NCBI GenBank assembly: GCA_965214095.1
Contig: OZ243938.1
Span: forward strand, 544,001 to 608,000
Length of the DNA: 64,000 nucleotides
DNA from: Candidatus Poribacteria bacterium
GTDB taxonomy: Bacteria; Poribacteria; WGA-4E; WGA-3G
Direction: 5' to 3'
In this document: in pieces, positions 49,465-59,618 of the stretch
Numbering within the stretch: position 1 is the first letter of the stretch
Layout of the letters: each line of letters starts with the position of its first letter
Made by a program: the position numbers and the translations under genes
The notes under the pieces: generated by a model
What the model was told of the DNA's origin: nothing
What the model saw: only the letters and a program-made list of their open reading frames with translations
Database searches by the model: none

Positions 49465-49644
49465 ATACAATTTACATTCTTTAGCAATATTCTAAACCCC
49501 ACCCTTCATCACAGATTCAGTAAATCCATGAAACATGACTAAGCATGACTATTACCTATTCGTGAAGTTAACACCACATTATTCAATTGACCTAAGTTGT
49601 ATGCATCAGAAGGACTTTAGAAGTGTCTTCGGAGTTATTCCTTC

Positions 49645-50100
49645 ATGAACCGTTTTAATTCAAAGAATAAATTACAAATCAATGTATATATTCTGACACT
49701 ATTAGCGTTGACACTGACTATCTTTCTATTTTCATGTAGTGAGAAACCAATGAAACAAGAAACAATATTGATTGAAGATGACGAATATATGTATCTGGCG
49801 AAAGTTTTAAATGGATATTCTGAATCAGACAAACAAATAAAAGTCTACATCTTCAATGAGAAAATACGAGAAAAAATTGGGAACTCAATCCCAAATAGTA
49901 AGTTGGCTGCAAAAAGGACTGAACCCGAAAATGGATGGGGAACCCATCAACTTGCATTACAATATTACTGGAATGAAGAATGGATTTATTCTGAGAATGT
50001 AGTTGAATTTGAAGAATACTTTCTTATCCCAATTGAAGACGGAAAAGATAGAGAAATTGAACTAAAAAACATACGCATCCCAATCCCTGTTCAACGATAA
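49645..50100 (+). CDS. Hypothetical lipoprotein
   Basis: Hydrophobic N-terminus ending LFSC. Confidence 0.6.
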   Translation: MNRFNSKNKLQINVYILTLLALTLTIFLFSCSEKPMKQETILIEDDEYMYLAKVLNGYSESDKQIKVYIFNEKIREKIGNSIPNSKLAAKRTEPENGWGTHQLALQYYWNEEWIYSENVVEFEEYFLIPIEDGKDREIELKNIRIPIPVQR

Positions 50101-50154
50101 CAAAATCGATAAATCAATATATAATCAATACCCATCCATGTTTTATGAAATTAA

Positions 50155-51306
50155 ATGTTAGGAAGGACACTTAAATCTATGGAAAAATTGAAGTCTGCTC
50201 TTATCATAACACTCTCTCTCATTTTGATGAGTACTATTATATGTGCCATTCCTGCTGATGCCCAAACTGTCCATGCACTCTTGGTTATAATGGATGACGA
50301 TCCGAGAATAGGGACTAATGTGAAAGTTGACCGAAAAAATATCGTCCAACTCTTAGGTTCTATTGAAAACGAATTATGTGAAGTAAATACAACAACTCTG
50401 CTGAGTTCCAAAGATCAGGCAACACGAGACGGTGTATTACAATGGATTCGGAGTGTGAATACTGAGAAAAACGACATCCTCTTTATTTATTATGCTGGAC
50501 ACGGTGGTATGAACGACAAAGAGCAGACTTTTCTCGTTACTGAAGGAAAATGGCTATTTCGTTCAGAACTTGTCAATGCCATTGAACAGGTGAAATCTCC
50601 TCGACTGACACTGCTCATTACAGATTGTTGTAGTAGTCTTGTCTCACAAAAATTAGATCCTAACCTACAAAGCAGTCGAAGCATGACCCGTCTAACCGAG
50701 AAAATCTTGCGTAATCTGTTCATTGAACATCAAGGTTTCCTACATATAACTGCTGCAACTGAAAAGCAATATGGGTGGAGTAACATTGTAACAGGAGGTT
50801 GGTTCACCAACAACTTTATTAAGGCATTAAACAGTAATCCAGATAAGAATAGTGATAGTTTTCTTACATGGAAAGAAGTGTTTGAAACAGCACGTCAAAA
50901 CACTGAAAAAACCTTCAGTCAGGCAACTTTCACAACTTCACAACTGCAAGACATGAGACGAAAAGGTATTACCAGCCAAACGCCAAAAGCATATTCGTTT
51001 CCTACTCCACTCAATGTATCATCAAACGACGAAAAAGAGACTGTCAACTACATTTTTTTAGCAATTGTACTATTTACCTTATTCATTTCAAGCCGCATAT
51101 CTCGAAGTTTGAAAAAACAACATGTTGGCAGAAGAAAGTTGAGTTCTCATAGAAGTAAAGCATGGGGTGTTTTTGCTATAGAAGTATTAACATGGCTTGG
51201 TTTCAACATTTTTTGGACGTTTTTCAGTTCAAATTGGTGGGTTGTCATTATCAGTATTGTCTTAATTCTGATGATTCTTACAAGAAGATCAAAAGGGTAT
51301 GCATAA
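50155..51306 (+). CDS. Caspase-like (C14) peptidase with signal peptide and C-terminal TM helices (start may be 50179)
   Basis: YYAGHG and ITDCC His/Cys dyad, GGWFT, and three C-terminal hydrophobic segments. Confidence 0.82.
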   Translation: MLGRTLKSMEKLKSALIITLSLILMSTIICAIPADAQTVHALLVIMDDDPRIGTNVKVDRKNIVQLLGSIENELCEVNTTTLLSSKDQATRDGVLQWIRSVNTEKNDILFIYYAGHGGMNDKEQTFLVTEGKWLFRSELVNAIEQVKSPRLTLLITDCCSSLVSQKLDPNLQSSRSMTRLTEKILRNLFIEHQGFLHITAATEKQYGWSNIVTGGWFTNNFIKALNSNPDKNSDSFLTWKEVFETARQNTEKTFSQATFTTSQLQDMRRKGITSQTPKAYSFPTPLNVSSNDEKETVNYIFLAIVLFTLFISSRISRSLKKQHVGRRKLSSHRSKAWGVFAIEVLTWLGFNIFWTFFSSNWWVVIISIVLILMILTRRSKGYA

Positions 51307-51314
51307 AAAAATAG

Positions 51315-51812
51315 GTGTATATACTCTACAAAAATATGGTAACACTATTCAGAAAAACAATGGATGAAATCTGTGAACATGCTAAAGCAGATTTTCCTGA
51401 TGAATGTTGTGGAATGATTTTGCATACGGATACACAAGAATTTGTCAGACCTTGCCGCAATATCCAAAATCAGATGCATAAGGATGACCCAGATACCTAT
51501 ACGCGTGATGCACGGACAGCATACCTAATGCACCCTGATGATCTAATCACAATACATAAGGAAGCAGAGACACAAGACCGACCAATTAAAGCATTTTACC
51601 ATTCACATCCAAACCACGAGGCATACTTCTCAGAAAAGGACAAAGCAGATGCATTGGTGTGGGGTGAACCCGCATATCCAGGAGTAGCATACATCGTCAT
51701 ATCAATATACGAAGACACTATACGCGTTGTTAAAGCCTTTGCGTGGGATGAAGACACATCAGATTTTATTGAAGTTTCGGTTCAAACAACACAATCAGGA
51801 GCAAAAAAATGA
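51315..51812 (+). CDS. JAB/M67 metallopeptidase (Mec-like; start may be 51336)
   Basis: PDECCG and FYHSHP...FSEKD JAMM motif. Confidence 0.9.
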   Translation: MYILYKNMVTLFRKTMDEICEHAKADFPDECCGMILHTDTQEFVRPCRNIQNQMHKDDPDTYTRDARTAYLMHPDDLITIHKEAETQDRPIKAFYHSHPNHEAYFSEKDKADALVWGEPAYPGVAYIVISIYEDTIRVVKAFAWDEDTSDFIEVSVQTTQSGAKK

Positions 51813-52048
51813 AAGCATTAAAAGTACGGCTCACTTTTCCAACAGACAAAATCACTGAACCAATAATTTACAACATTGGACACAAATATAATGTGGTCAC
51901 AAATATCCGTCGCGCAAATGTTACCGAGGAAACCGGATGGGTGATATTAGAGATGCAAGCCACAGCAGAACAACTTGAACTTGCTATTCACTACCTAAAA
52001 AACATTAATGTCCAAGTTGAACCTGTTGAAGGTGATGTTGTACAATAA
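51809..52048 (+). CDS. NIL-domain protein
   Basis: LTFP...EPII...VTNIRRANV...GWVILE. Confidence 0.85.
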   Translation: MKALKVRLTFPTDKITEPIIYNIGHKYNVVTNIRRANVTEETGWVILEMQATAEQLELAIHYLKNINVQVEPVEGDVVQ

Positions 52049-52106
52049 AGTCTTCATTCTACATTGTATACAATTTGGTTGTTAGCAAGAGACTCTGACA
52101 AACATC

Positions 52107-54413
52107 ATGGAAATAGGACGTATCCGTTCCCTCCAAAGATTACTCCCAGACCTAAACATTAGTTACAGTGTCCACCTACGTCCTTATGTTCGCATAGTTG
52201 CAATATCGGCATTTTCATTAGCAATTGGAATAGGAATCGCACTACGCAACCATCTCAACTTTGAGTTTCATGACAGTTCAGGAGTAGTCGGTTGGATCAG
52301 TGTCCACCAGTATCCAAAACATCAAGAGTATTTCTACTATTTACTTGCTCTACTCGGAATACCGATCACCATTTGTGCCTATTGGTTCGTATGGCATACT
52401 TTCTCACAATGGGTGGCACAAGCAACCAAACAATCCCAACACAGAGTATTAAAGCTGAATGCCTTTGCATCAATTCCTTTGTGGTTGTGTTGGTTGCAGT
52501 TCCAAAACTATGCTGAAACTGATTATTTCTGGTTAATTCTACCCATAAGTTTATCACTAATCTTACATCTGATTCTATACTTGGTCAAGTATCAGTTTCT
52601 TCAAGCAAAACTGGATTCCGTATCATCTGAACCCTTAACCTTAATAGGTGGTACTACATCTACACAACCCAGCATTATCCTACTGATAAGACGTGCATGT
52701 AAATATATCATCATACCAATTTTTATCTATCTGCTCGTATATAATAGCGGCATAAATGGTAGAATCGATATGTTTCATGAGGGTGAAAGACTCGCGCCAC
52801 TGAATGAAATGCTACATGGGGGTGTCGTGTTCAAAGATGTCTATGTGCAGCATGGACTCTTCCAAAATGCATACTTAGCTTGGTTTGGCAGCAAAGTATT
52901 TGAGCCAACATTGATGGGTGTGCGTTCTATGGAACGCGTCTTGGGACCACTTGGATACATTGCCTTATACCTCCTCGGTCTACAAGTATTTCGTGGACGA
53001 TTTTTTACTGCTTTCTTATGTTTCCTGATAGTCTCTGGAAATAACTTCTCCATATCACCGAGACACTGCTTTGGTCTACTCAGTTTCACCTGTGTAGCAA
53101 ATTATCTCACATACAATAGAGATAAAGGGCTATTTGTAAGTTGGCAACGCACACCTTTTGATGAACGTAAATGGATTAGACATCTGTTCAAATTTGGGTG
53201 GAAACTGATTCTTGCAGGATTATTCACAAGCTTAGCATTTTGGTATAGCACGGAAGTCGGTCTTTATACACTCGGTGCAATCGGTCTGTTTTTATTCATT
53301 TACAGCCTACAACGTCGAATTCAGATGGAGATACGACCATTCCCGTTATCCAGTTATTGCTGCGGTCTACTGTTAGGTTTCCTCCCAGTTGCATTCTATT
53401 TTCTATCACACGGTGCATTTGATGATTTAATCTGGAATTCTTATATTCAGTGCAAATACCAACTTGCGACGTGGGGTCTCAAATACCCTTCACTTGCCAA
53501 CACACTGGCAATTATCTCAGATAGCGGATGGAAAGAATTCATTCTAAGCAATGGGTTTAGATGGTATCTTCCGATACTAATCTTTATGATTGCTGCGGGA
53601 TATCTTACATATCTGCGTTTGTGTAGAACAGACATCACACCTGAAGATACTATGAAACTTCTGTTGTTGTTACTTGGTGGCATCGCATTTTTCAGAACTG
53701 CACTTGGTAGATCAGACGGTGGTCATTTACATTTCGGATCAACATTCTTGTGGTTGCTCTGTTTATTCCCACTAGATAGAGGAATCTCTGGCATGATTGA
53801 TGGACTATTTACAGGTGAAGCAGTAGATGGTTTCCGTGAACGGTTGTCTCTACTCAAAGATAAAACACGTTGGCAACGAGTGTTGAAGTTGTCATGGATA
53901 CTTATACCAACAATAATGTGTATTTGGTATGTTGGGGCAGTTCATCACCCGTTGAAAGGATTAAGTAACAAGTGGAACAGAATGTTGGCAAACCAGTTTC
54001 AGACGAGAACTGCGCCTGCGGAATTGCAACGCGCAGGGAATGTTGATATTCCTGATGACCAAGTCGCACAGATACAGGAGGTGGTTACTTACATTCAGGA
54101 GAACACATCACCCGATGAGAAAATATTTGATTTTACAAGTCAAGGGGCATATTATTTCTTTGCAAACCGACCCAGTGTCACCCGATTCTATATGGTGTCT
54201 TACGCCGCAACGCCGGGGATGCAGCGAGAGGTAATTTCAGCACTTGAAAGCAATCAGACGCGTTTGGTGATATTCAAAACTGGGGGTTGGTTTGATAACG
54301 TGGATGGAGTACCAGTTGAGGAACGTCACCCGATAATTGCGGAATATTTAGATGAGCACTACGAACTCGATATCAATATAAACAATACCGAAATCCTGTT
54401 GCGAAAACAATAG
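52107..54413 (+). CDS. Polytopic membrane protein (possible GT-C-like glycosyltransferase)
   Basis: Many TM segments, DMFHEGE loop and a soluble C-terminal domain with YYFFANRP. Confidence 0.6.
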   Translation: MEIGRIRSLQRLLPDLNISYSVHLRPYVRIVAISAFSLAIGIGIALRNHLNFEFHDSSGVVGWISVHQYPKHQEYFYYLLALLGIPITICAYWFVWHTFSQWVAQATKQSQHRVLKLNAFASIPLWLCWLQFQNYAETDYFWLILPISLSLILHLILYLVKYQFLQAKLDSVSSEPLTLIGGTTSTQPSIILLIRRACKYIIIPIFIYLLVYNSGINGRIDMFHEGERLAPLNEMLHGGVVFKDVYVQHGLFQNAYLAWFGSKVFEPTLMGVRSMERVLGPLGYIALYLLGLQVFRGRFFTAFLCFLIVSGNNFSISPRHCFGLLSFTCVANYLTYNRDKGLFVSWQRTPFDERKWIRHLFKFGWKLILAGLFTSLAFWYSTEVGLYTLGAIGLFLFIYSLQRRIQMEIRPFPLSSYCCGLLLGFLPVAFYFLSHGAFDDLIWNSYIQCKYQLATWGLKYPSLANTLAIISDSGWKEFILSNGFRWYLPILIFMIAAGYLTYLRLCRTDITPEDTMKLLLLLLGGIAFFRTALGRSDGGHLHFGSTFLWLLCLFPLDRGISGMIDGLFTGEAVDGFRERLSLLKDKTRWQRVLKLSWILIPTIMCIWYVGAVHHPLKGLSNKWNRMLANQFQTRTAPAELQRAGNVDIPDDQVAQIQEVVTYIQENTSPDEKIFDFTSQGAYYFFANRPSVTRFYMVSYAATPGMQREVISALESNQTRLVIFKTGGWFDNVDGVPVEERHPIIAEYLDEHYELDININNTEILLRKQ

Positions 54414-54476
54414 TAGAAAATATGTGGAATATCTGCTTATAGACTTACGCCACCTATGTAGCAACCACTATGTTCA

Positions 54477-55544
54477 TCAACCTTTATGTTGGTCTACAAA
54501 AATACGGTAAATGTCCTCAAATAATCTTACATCTGTTAATGTGTCTTCAGCAGAGGAACGGAATGGTTCTGGATTACGTAGGTTCTTGATAAAATACTCC
54601 GCTTCCCTGTGGTATGCCCACGTCCATGATGGTCTTGGAATCGGACGTGTAATTTCCTGTTCGTCTCCAGCCCTATAGATCTCAACTTCTGCAGGTGTGT
54701 TCTTCAATAACAACGGTGGTGCCCAAGTGTGAACCCATCCGTGTTGAAAATATATCTGTGAATGTTCATCCCAACGGTAGTGTGAAATGTGTCCTGTCTC
54801 CAGTGTCACTCGGATACCGTTCATATCAAGAATGACAACACCTGTATACCCGTTGTCATTCAGATCAACTGCTTTCACCGTGACATTGTCGCCAGCATCA
54901 AGAAACCACCGCATCAGATTAATATTGTGTGTATATTGTTGTAAGTATCCGATGTATGCTCCCCACCATTTTTCAGGTAGCCAATCAGGGAATTTCTGTG
55001 GTGCACTCGGTTTCGGTTCATCTGTATTATCCATCTGTGTATCAAGATTGCACACCCAATCGCCTCCAAAAGCGTGATTTCTGGCATAAGTCAAGCGACC
55101 CAGTTCCTCTGTTTCACGAAATTGTGTGATCTTTTCTTTGACAATCTCGTTGCCAGCATCGTATCGTTTCATATAGCCGACCATCAGCTTTTTTCCCGAT
55201 TCTCTTGACGCATCTACCATTTTTTGTGCTTGTTCTATGGAAATAGCCATCGGTTTTTCCATAAAGACATGTTTACCAGCAAGTAACAAATCTTTAGCGA
55301 TTTCTCCTTGTAAGGAAAAATCGGCTGAAACTGCTACAGCTTCAATTTCTGTATTTTGCGCGAGTTCTTGATGGTCTTTGTATAGGTGCGGAATACCAAA
55401 TCTACTTTGTACTTTCTTACCCAGATCAGTACGTATCTCAGCCAACCCGATGATTTCACATTCAGGAATGCTTGCAAAATTCGGGATATGCACCTTTTGC
55501 GCCATAAACCCACATCCAATATACCCGATTTTGACTTTTTCCAT
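54477..55544 (-). CDS. Gfo/Idh/MocA oxidoreductase
   Basis: GYIGCG, MEKP and VGYMKRYD motifs. Confidence 0.9.
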   Translation of the reverse strand: MEKVKIGYIGCGFMAQKVHIPNFASIPECEIIGLAEIRTDLGKKVQSRFGIPHLYKDHQELAQNTEIEAVAVSADFSLQGEIAKDLLLAGKHVFMEKPMAISIEQAQKMVDASRESGKKLMVGYMKRYDAGNEIVKEKITQFRETEELGRLTYARNHAFGGDWVCNLDTQMDNTDEPKPSAPQKFPDWLPEKWWGAYIGYLQQYTHNINLMRWFLDAGDNVTVKAVDLNDNGYTGVVILDMNGIRVTLETGHISHYRWDEHSQIYFQHGWVHTWAPPLLLKNTPAEVEIYRAGDEQEITRPIPRPSWTWAYHREAEYFIKNLRNPEPFRSSAEDTLTDVRLFEDIYRIFVDQHKG

Positions 55545-55556
55545 TTGGTAGACTCC

Positions 55557-55988
55557 TTATTCCTTAGGCGATTCTATCTCTTCAATTGCAGTTTGTGCAC
55601 CTTGCCTCACAAGTGCCGAAGAGTCATTCTGAGCAAGTGCTTTTAGTCGTGTAAGACAATGTTCTGCTGCCAATTTTCCAAGCGCGACAGCAACAAAATA
55701 CCTCACGTCTGCGTCTTCATCGTCCAGTGCGTCAAGCAATGCATCAACATCTGAAGGACTTGCGATGTGTCGTTCAATGTCACCTATATTAATCAAAGCT
55801 TGTGCTGTAATCCGTCGAGTATGAATATCACCGTGTTTTAAAGAGGACAGCAATTCATCATTTCCATTGTTGATAGCAGACAAGTTATCCCAATCACAAT
55901 CTAAACAGAACCATGACTTTTCGTCTAACTTTTGCACATTAGCATGACCACATTGTGGACAAACTGCATACTCACTGGGTTGACTCAT
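55557..55988 (-). CDS. Zn-ribbon + HEAT-repeat protein
   Basis: CPQC...CLDC, then DADVRYFVAVALG HEAT repeats. Confidence 0.8.
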   Translation of the reverse strand: MSQPSEYAVCPQCGHANVQKLDEKSWFCLDCDWDNLSAINNGNDELLSSLKHGDIHTRRITAQALINIGDIERHIASPSDVDALLDALDDEDADVRYFVAVALGKLAAEHCLTRLKALAQNDSSALVRQGAQTAIEEIESPKE

Positions 55989-56359
55989 GATGGTCCAATT
56001 GCCTCCATTTCAGGTAAATCTCTCCATATTTCTGGTCCCTCTGGTTTGAAATTTATAGTTGCGATGAACTGCATGCCGTGATAGAAATTGATCTTGAACT
56101 TACCACCACCAAAATGCTGTTTCAGATAGTCTAACGGAGCATCAATCAATGGACCCATTTCGTCCGCATAATAAAATGCAAGTGGTTTGAATCGCACTGT
56201 GTTTCCAACAGGTTCCTGCACTAAGAGTTGTGCGGAGGTTGCGGGAAATAGCACCTGAAAAGCATCCCACAAATCAGCGACTGTCGGATTCGGATTACCT
56301 ATACGCTTTTTGAAGTCGTTATCAAGATATTCAGAAAATGTGTTAAAAACCCAGTCCAT
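55985..56359 (-). CDS. Hypothetical protein
   Basis: 124-aa ORF, ATGA-coupled to the HEAT protein. Confidence 0.75.
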   Translation of the reverse strand: MDWVFNTFSEYLDNDFKKRIGNPNPTVADLWDAFQVLFPATSAQLLVQEPVGNTVRFKPLAFYYADEMGPLIDAPLDYLKQHFGGGKFKINFYHGMQFIATINFKPEGPEIWRDLPEMEAIGPS

Positions 56360-56386
56360 AATGAAACCTTGTCAAGTAATAGCGAT

Positions 56387-56962
56387 TTATTGCTCTAAAT
56401 CCACGCGTCTATAAACTTCGTTTAAAGAAAGTTTGCATCCAATTGAGGAAAGTGTGAATGTCTCCTGAAGTTCTTGATATTCTTTTAATCTCCACTGAGT
56501 GCCTTGAATTCGATGATGTTCAACTTTAATCTTGTCTTGTGAAACGAGAATATATTCTTTTAAAGTGGCGATTTGTTTATAGTAATTGAACTTCTCTGTT
56601 CTGTCATATATCTCAGTTGAAGGTGAAAGCACCTCTATAATTACCACTGGGTTGAGAAGTGTATCAAAGGTATCATCCTCAAATTGTGATTCACCGCAGG
56701 CAATAACAACATCGGGATAGAAATATGATTCTGATTGACTTTCCTTGACACGCATGTCTCCTGAAAAAACTTCACAATCTCGGTCACGTAATTGGATATT
56801 TATCTCAGTTGCAATATCAAGTGTAATGTAATTATGTGCACGACTCGCACCCGACATTGCGAGTATCTCTCCTCTAAGATATTCACTCTTGAATGTTGCC
56901 TTGCGTTCTAAATATAGATATTCCTCAGGTGAATATATAGTTTGTGCTCCAAGAGATGACAT
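56387..56962 (-). CDS. Uma2 family endonuclease
   Basis: AMSGAS..HN, YPDV, IEVLSPST and EYILV motifs. Confidence 0.92.
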   Translation of the reverse strand: MSSLGAQTIYSPEEYLYLERKATFKSEYLRGEILAMSGASRAHNYITLDIATEINIQLRDRDCEVFSGDMRVKESQSESYFYPDVVIACGESQFEDDTFDTLLNPVVIIEVLSPSTEIYDRTEKFNYYKQIATLKEYILVSQDKIKVEHHRIQGTQWRLKEYQELQETFTLSSIGCKLSLNEVYRRVDLEQ

Positions 56963-57028
56963 GGTTCCCTCCTTAAAGGATGATAATTTACATTACAAAT
57001 ATTCATTGAAACAACAGATAGAAATATT

Positions 57029-57517
57029 TTACATTCCAGGAGCCTTTAAGAAGTCCTTCCAATCAAAATCTGGCAGAGGGAACTCCTCTGTGGCTTTACA
57101 TTGTCAAAAGGTGGCGGCACTTTCAAAGAATTCTATATCAACACGTTCAATCTCTGCTGAACGTGCATTTTCAGCAACGCGTTGAACAACCATCTCTCGG
57201 ACAAACGGAATAGGAATACGTTTGACGCGGTGAACAACTTCCTCTGTGCATGGAACATTTGTGTTGTCAAGGTAAGGTCCATCATGTAACGGTGTTTCTG
57301 CAGGATGATCGCATGTCTCAGGAACAAGTTGCTGTAATCGCATTGAAACGTAATCTGTGACCCACTGTTGAAATTTTTCAGTGTTTTCAGTTTCAGGAAC
57401 ACTTGGTTGATTCGTCTGATCTAACTTTTCATTTATGTTGACAAGTAGGTTTTCTAATCGTCCCAATCGGTCTTCCACATTTGTGAGACGTTCTTGAACT
57501 TTCGTTTGATCGCTCAT
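57029..57517 (-). CDS. Coiled-coil + PCP_red-like protein, candidate selenoprotein with U-x-C tail (162 aa; 137 aa if TGA terminates at 57104)
   Basis: KRIPIPFVREMVV PCP_red-like motif. ...SAATF-TGA(57104-57106)-QCKATEEFPLPDFDWKDFLKAPGM-TAA, with a hairpin 13 nt after the TGA. The CDS is solid; the readthrough is inferred. Confidence 0.65.
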
Positions 57518-57526
57518 GTTTCCTCC

Positions 57527-58246
57527 TTAGATTGTCCAATATTTCCATAGATCTTCCGGAATTTCGTATCTTATCTCTTCACGACGTTTATGATGATAGC
57601 GTGCAAATAGCCCAACTCGTGGGATGTCTCTGATATTGCCTGAACCTGTATGACACAAATATGCATGCCATAGCACGACATCACCCGCAGCTCCGATAAA
57701 CTCACGTGCTCCTTCTGGTGATGAATCAGAAAAAATATTCCAACCCCATCCCTCAATATCTCTAAAACTTCCATCAACCTGTTCAGGATATTTTAGGAAA
57801 TATTTGTGTGTTGTCCGATGGCTTTTTGGCCAAAACACGAAAGCACCACCACCCGGTTCAACATCATATAGATATGTGGTTGCACCCATCATGAATGGAC
57901 TCCAACCACCGGGACCGTAAGCATCAATGTGTCCGCTTCCAGGCAATGACCATTCTGCATCTGGGTTTGGCCATTTGACGAGAGGAGAACCCCCTCCGCC
58001 TGTAAATTCGCCTCCACTAAATTGCTGTATTATCGCTTGCATCTCCGGTAAATGTCCAAAGTTTGGAGAAAAACCGAAGTTTTCTACAACATAATTATCT
58101 GGCCATGTCTCTGGTGTTTCTAAACTGGAATTGAAATGCTTCCAAATCTGTTCACGCCAACCATTAATGACTTCTGTATCAATTAAGTTTTTAATAACCA
58201 GGTATCCGTTCTCTTGAAAAAACTCAACCTGTTTAGGTGCTAACAT
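57527..58246 (-). CDS. PhyH-family dioxygenase
   Basis: FFQENGYL, GHID, WPKSH and GDV..WH..LCH motifs. ATG at 58246 follows GAGGA. Confidence 0.85.
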   Translation of the reverse strand: MLAPKQVEFFQENGYLVIKNLIDTEVINGWREQIWKHFNSSLETPETWPDNYVVENFGFSPNFGHLPEMQAIIQQFSGGEFTGGGGSPLVKWPNPDAEWSLPGSGHIDAYGPGGWSPFMMGATTYLYDVEPGGGAFVFWPKSHRTTHKYFLKYPEQVDGSFRDIEGWGWNIFSDSSPEGAREFIGAAGDVVLWHAYLCHTGSGNIRDIPRVGLFARYHHKRREEIRYEIPEDLWKYWTI

Positions 58247-58313
58247 AAAAGTTTCCTCTATCGTCAAATGTTGTATTCGGGTAAAAGTCACTCCTACAGA
58301 AGAAATTACATAT

Positions 58314-59618
58314 CTAACTCTTAGGTCTGAAAGAGGGAATACCAGTCTTATCAAATCTGGATTTGACTGATTTCATAATTTCTGGAGTAATTTCCTGATA
58401 TCCGTGTTCACGCGCATATGTTTCAACACTCTTGACAACCATGCCACGCGCAAACGATGGCACACGTTTCAGTCTTTCTTCTGCAGCATCATTCCAAAGT
58501 AAATCGTAATCGGGTTCTGTGCCAAACGCTGTTCGTTTCTCAAGTTGTATAGGTTTATTGTCTCTTTGTCCTGGTTGGTATTCGCAAGATTCATCTGCTG
58601 CGAGATAGTTGCCAGTGGTAGCATAGGCACGTGCCCTACAACCACCGCATACTTCTTTAAATTCACATACCCCACATTTTCCCTCAAGCAAGTTCCGATT
58701 TCGTAATTCATCAAATGTTTCCGATTCATTCCACAGCTTGGAAAAACTTTCATCTTTAAGATTTCCAACGCTGACGGGAAGGTATGGACAAGGAGTCAAT
58801 TCACCTTCAGGACTAATGCGACAATAGTAGATACCACATGGACATGTGCCACTTGGATATCCCTGAAGGAATGCTGAGTCGGACTGCTGTTCATAAATGA
58901 CACGTTTGTAATGTGGTGCACATTTGGACGCAATAAGCATCTTCCCAATATAATCTTTCTGTAGTTTGAACATAGTATCCAGCATGTTCTCATATTGTTC
59001 TGGCGAGATGTCCATTACAGTCTTTCCTCTGCCTGTTCGGACGAGAAAATACAGATTTAGCACCTTTGCCCCTAACTGATATGCGAACTCAACGATCTTA
59101 GGAATTTCATCATAGTTCCACTGCGTAACTGATGTCTGTATAAGAAAATCAAGATGTGCGCGTTTAAGGGATTCTACCCCATTCATTGTCGCCTGCCATG
59201 CTCCCGGCATGCCACGAAACTTGTCATGTTCAGACGGTCGGATAGAATCTATACTTAATCCCGCTCCGGTTACACCGTGTTTTTGCATCTGCTCTACTAC
59301 ATCGTCATTGAGTAGCACACCGTTAGTTCCCATCACAACAAGAAAACCCGTATCCGATGCATATTTTGAAATCTCAAGAATATCTGGACGCAGCAACGGT
59401 TCCCCACCTGTAAGTATCAATAGGATATGAGGATTGATTTCCGCAATCTCATCAATAACGCGAAAGCATTCTGATTGTGTTAACTCAGATTCTCTGTGAT
59501 ACCCGTGCGGGAACTCGTCTGTGTCTACGAAACCCGCTGGTAGATAGCAGTGCATACATTTCAGATTACATAATCTGGTGATATTCCATGAGACTGCTTG
59601 AACTTTTGTTTTTTCCAT
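58314..59618 (-). CDS. Radical SAM/SPASM enzyme (NirJ/Ahb/PqqE-like) with C-terminal PCP_red-like domain
   Basis: CNLKCMHC, TGGEP, SPASM Cys pattern (CPC...PCPY...CGVC...CGGCRARA...C). Tail WNDAAEERLKRVPSFARGMV. Confidence 0.9.
   Translation of the reverse strand: MEKTKVQAVSWNITRLCNLKCMHCYLPAGFVDTDEFPHGYHRESELTQSECFRVIDEIAEINPHILLILTGGEPLLRPDILEISKYASDTGFLVVMGTNGVLLNDDVVEQMQKHGVTGAGLSIDSIRPSEHDKFRGMPGAWQATMNGVESLKRAHLDFLIQTSVTQWNYDEIPKIVEFAYQLGAKVLNLYFLVRTGRGKTVMDISPEQYENMLDTMFKLQKDYIGKMLIASKCAPHYKRVIYEQQSDSAFLQGYPSGTCPCGIYYCRISPEGELTPCPYLPVSVGNLKDESFSKLWNESETFDELRNRNLLEGKCGVCEFKEVCGGCRARAYATTGNYLAADESCEYQPGQRDNKPIQLEKRTAFGTEPDYDLLWNDAAEERLKRVPSFARGMVVKSVETYAREHGYQEITPEIMKSVKSRFDKTGIPSFRPKS

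Noticed and set aside
49027-51812. Bacterial ubiquitination defence system (Bil/CBASS-type Ubl + JAB)
   Set aside because: There is no E1/E2 or cyclase. The cysK/cysH/NIL context fits sulfur transfer.
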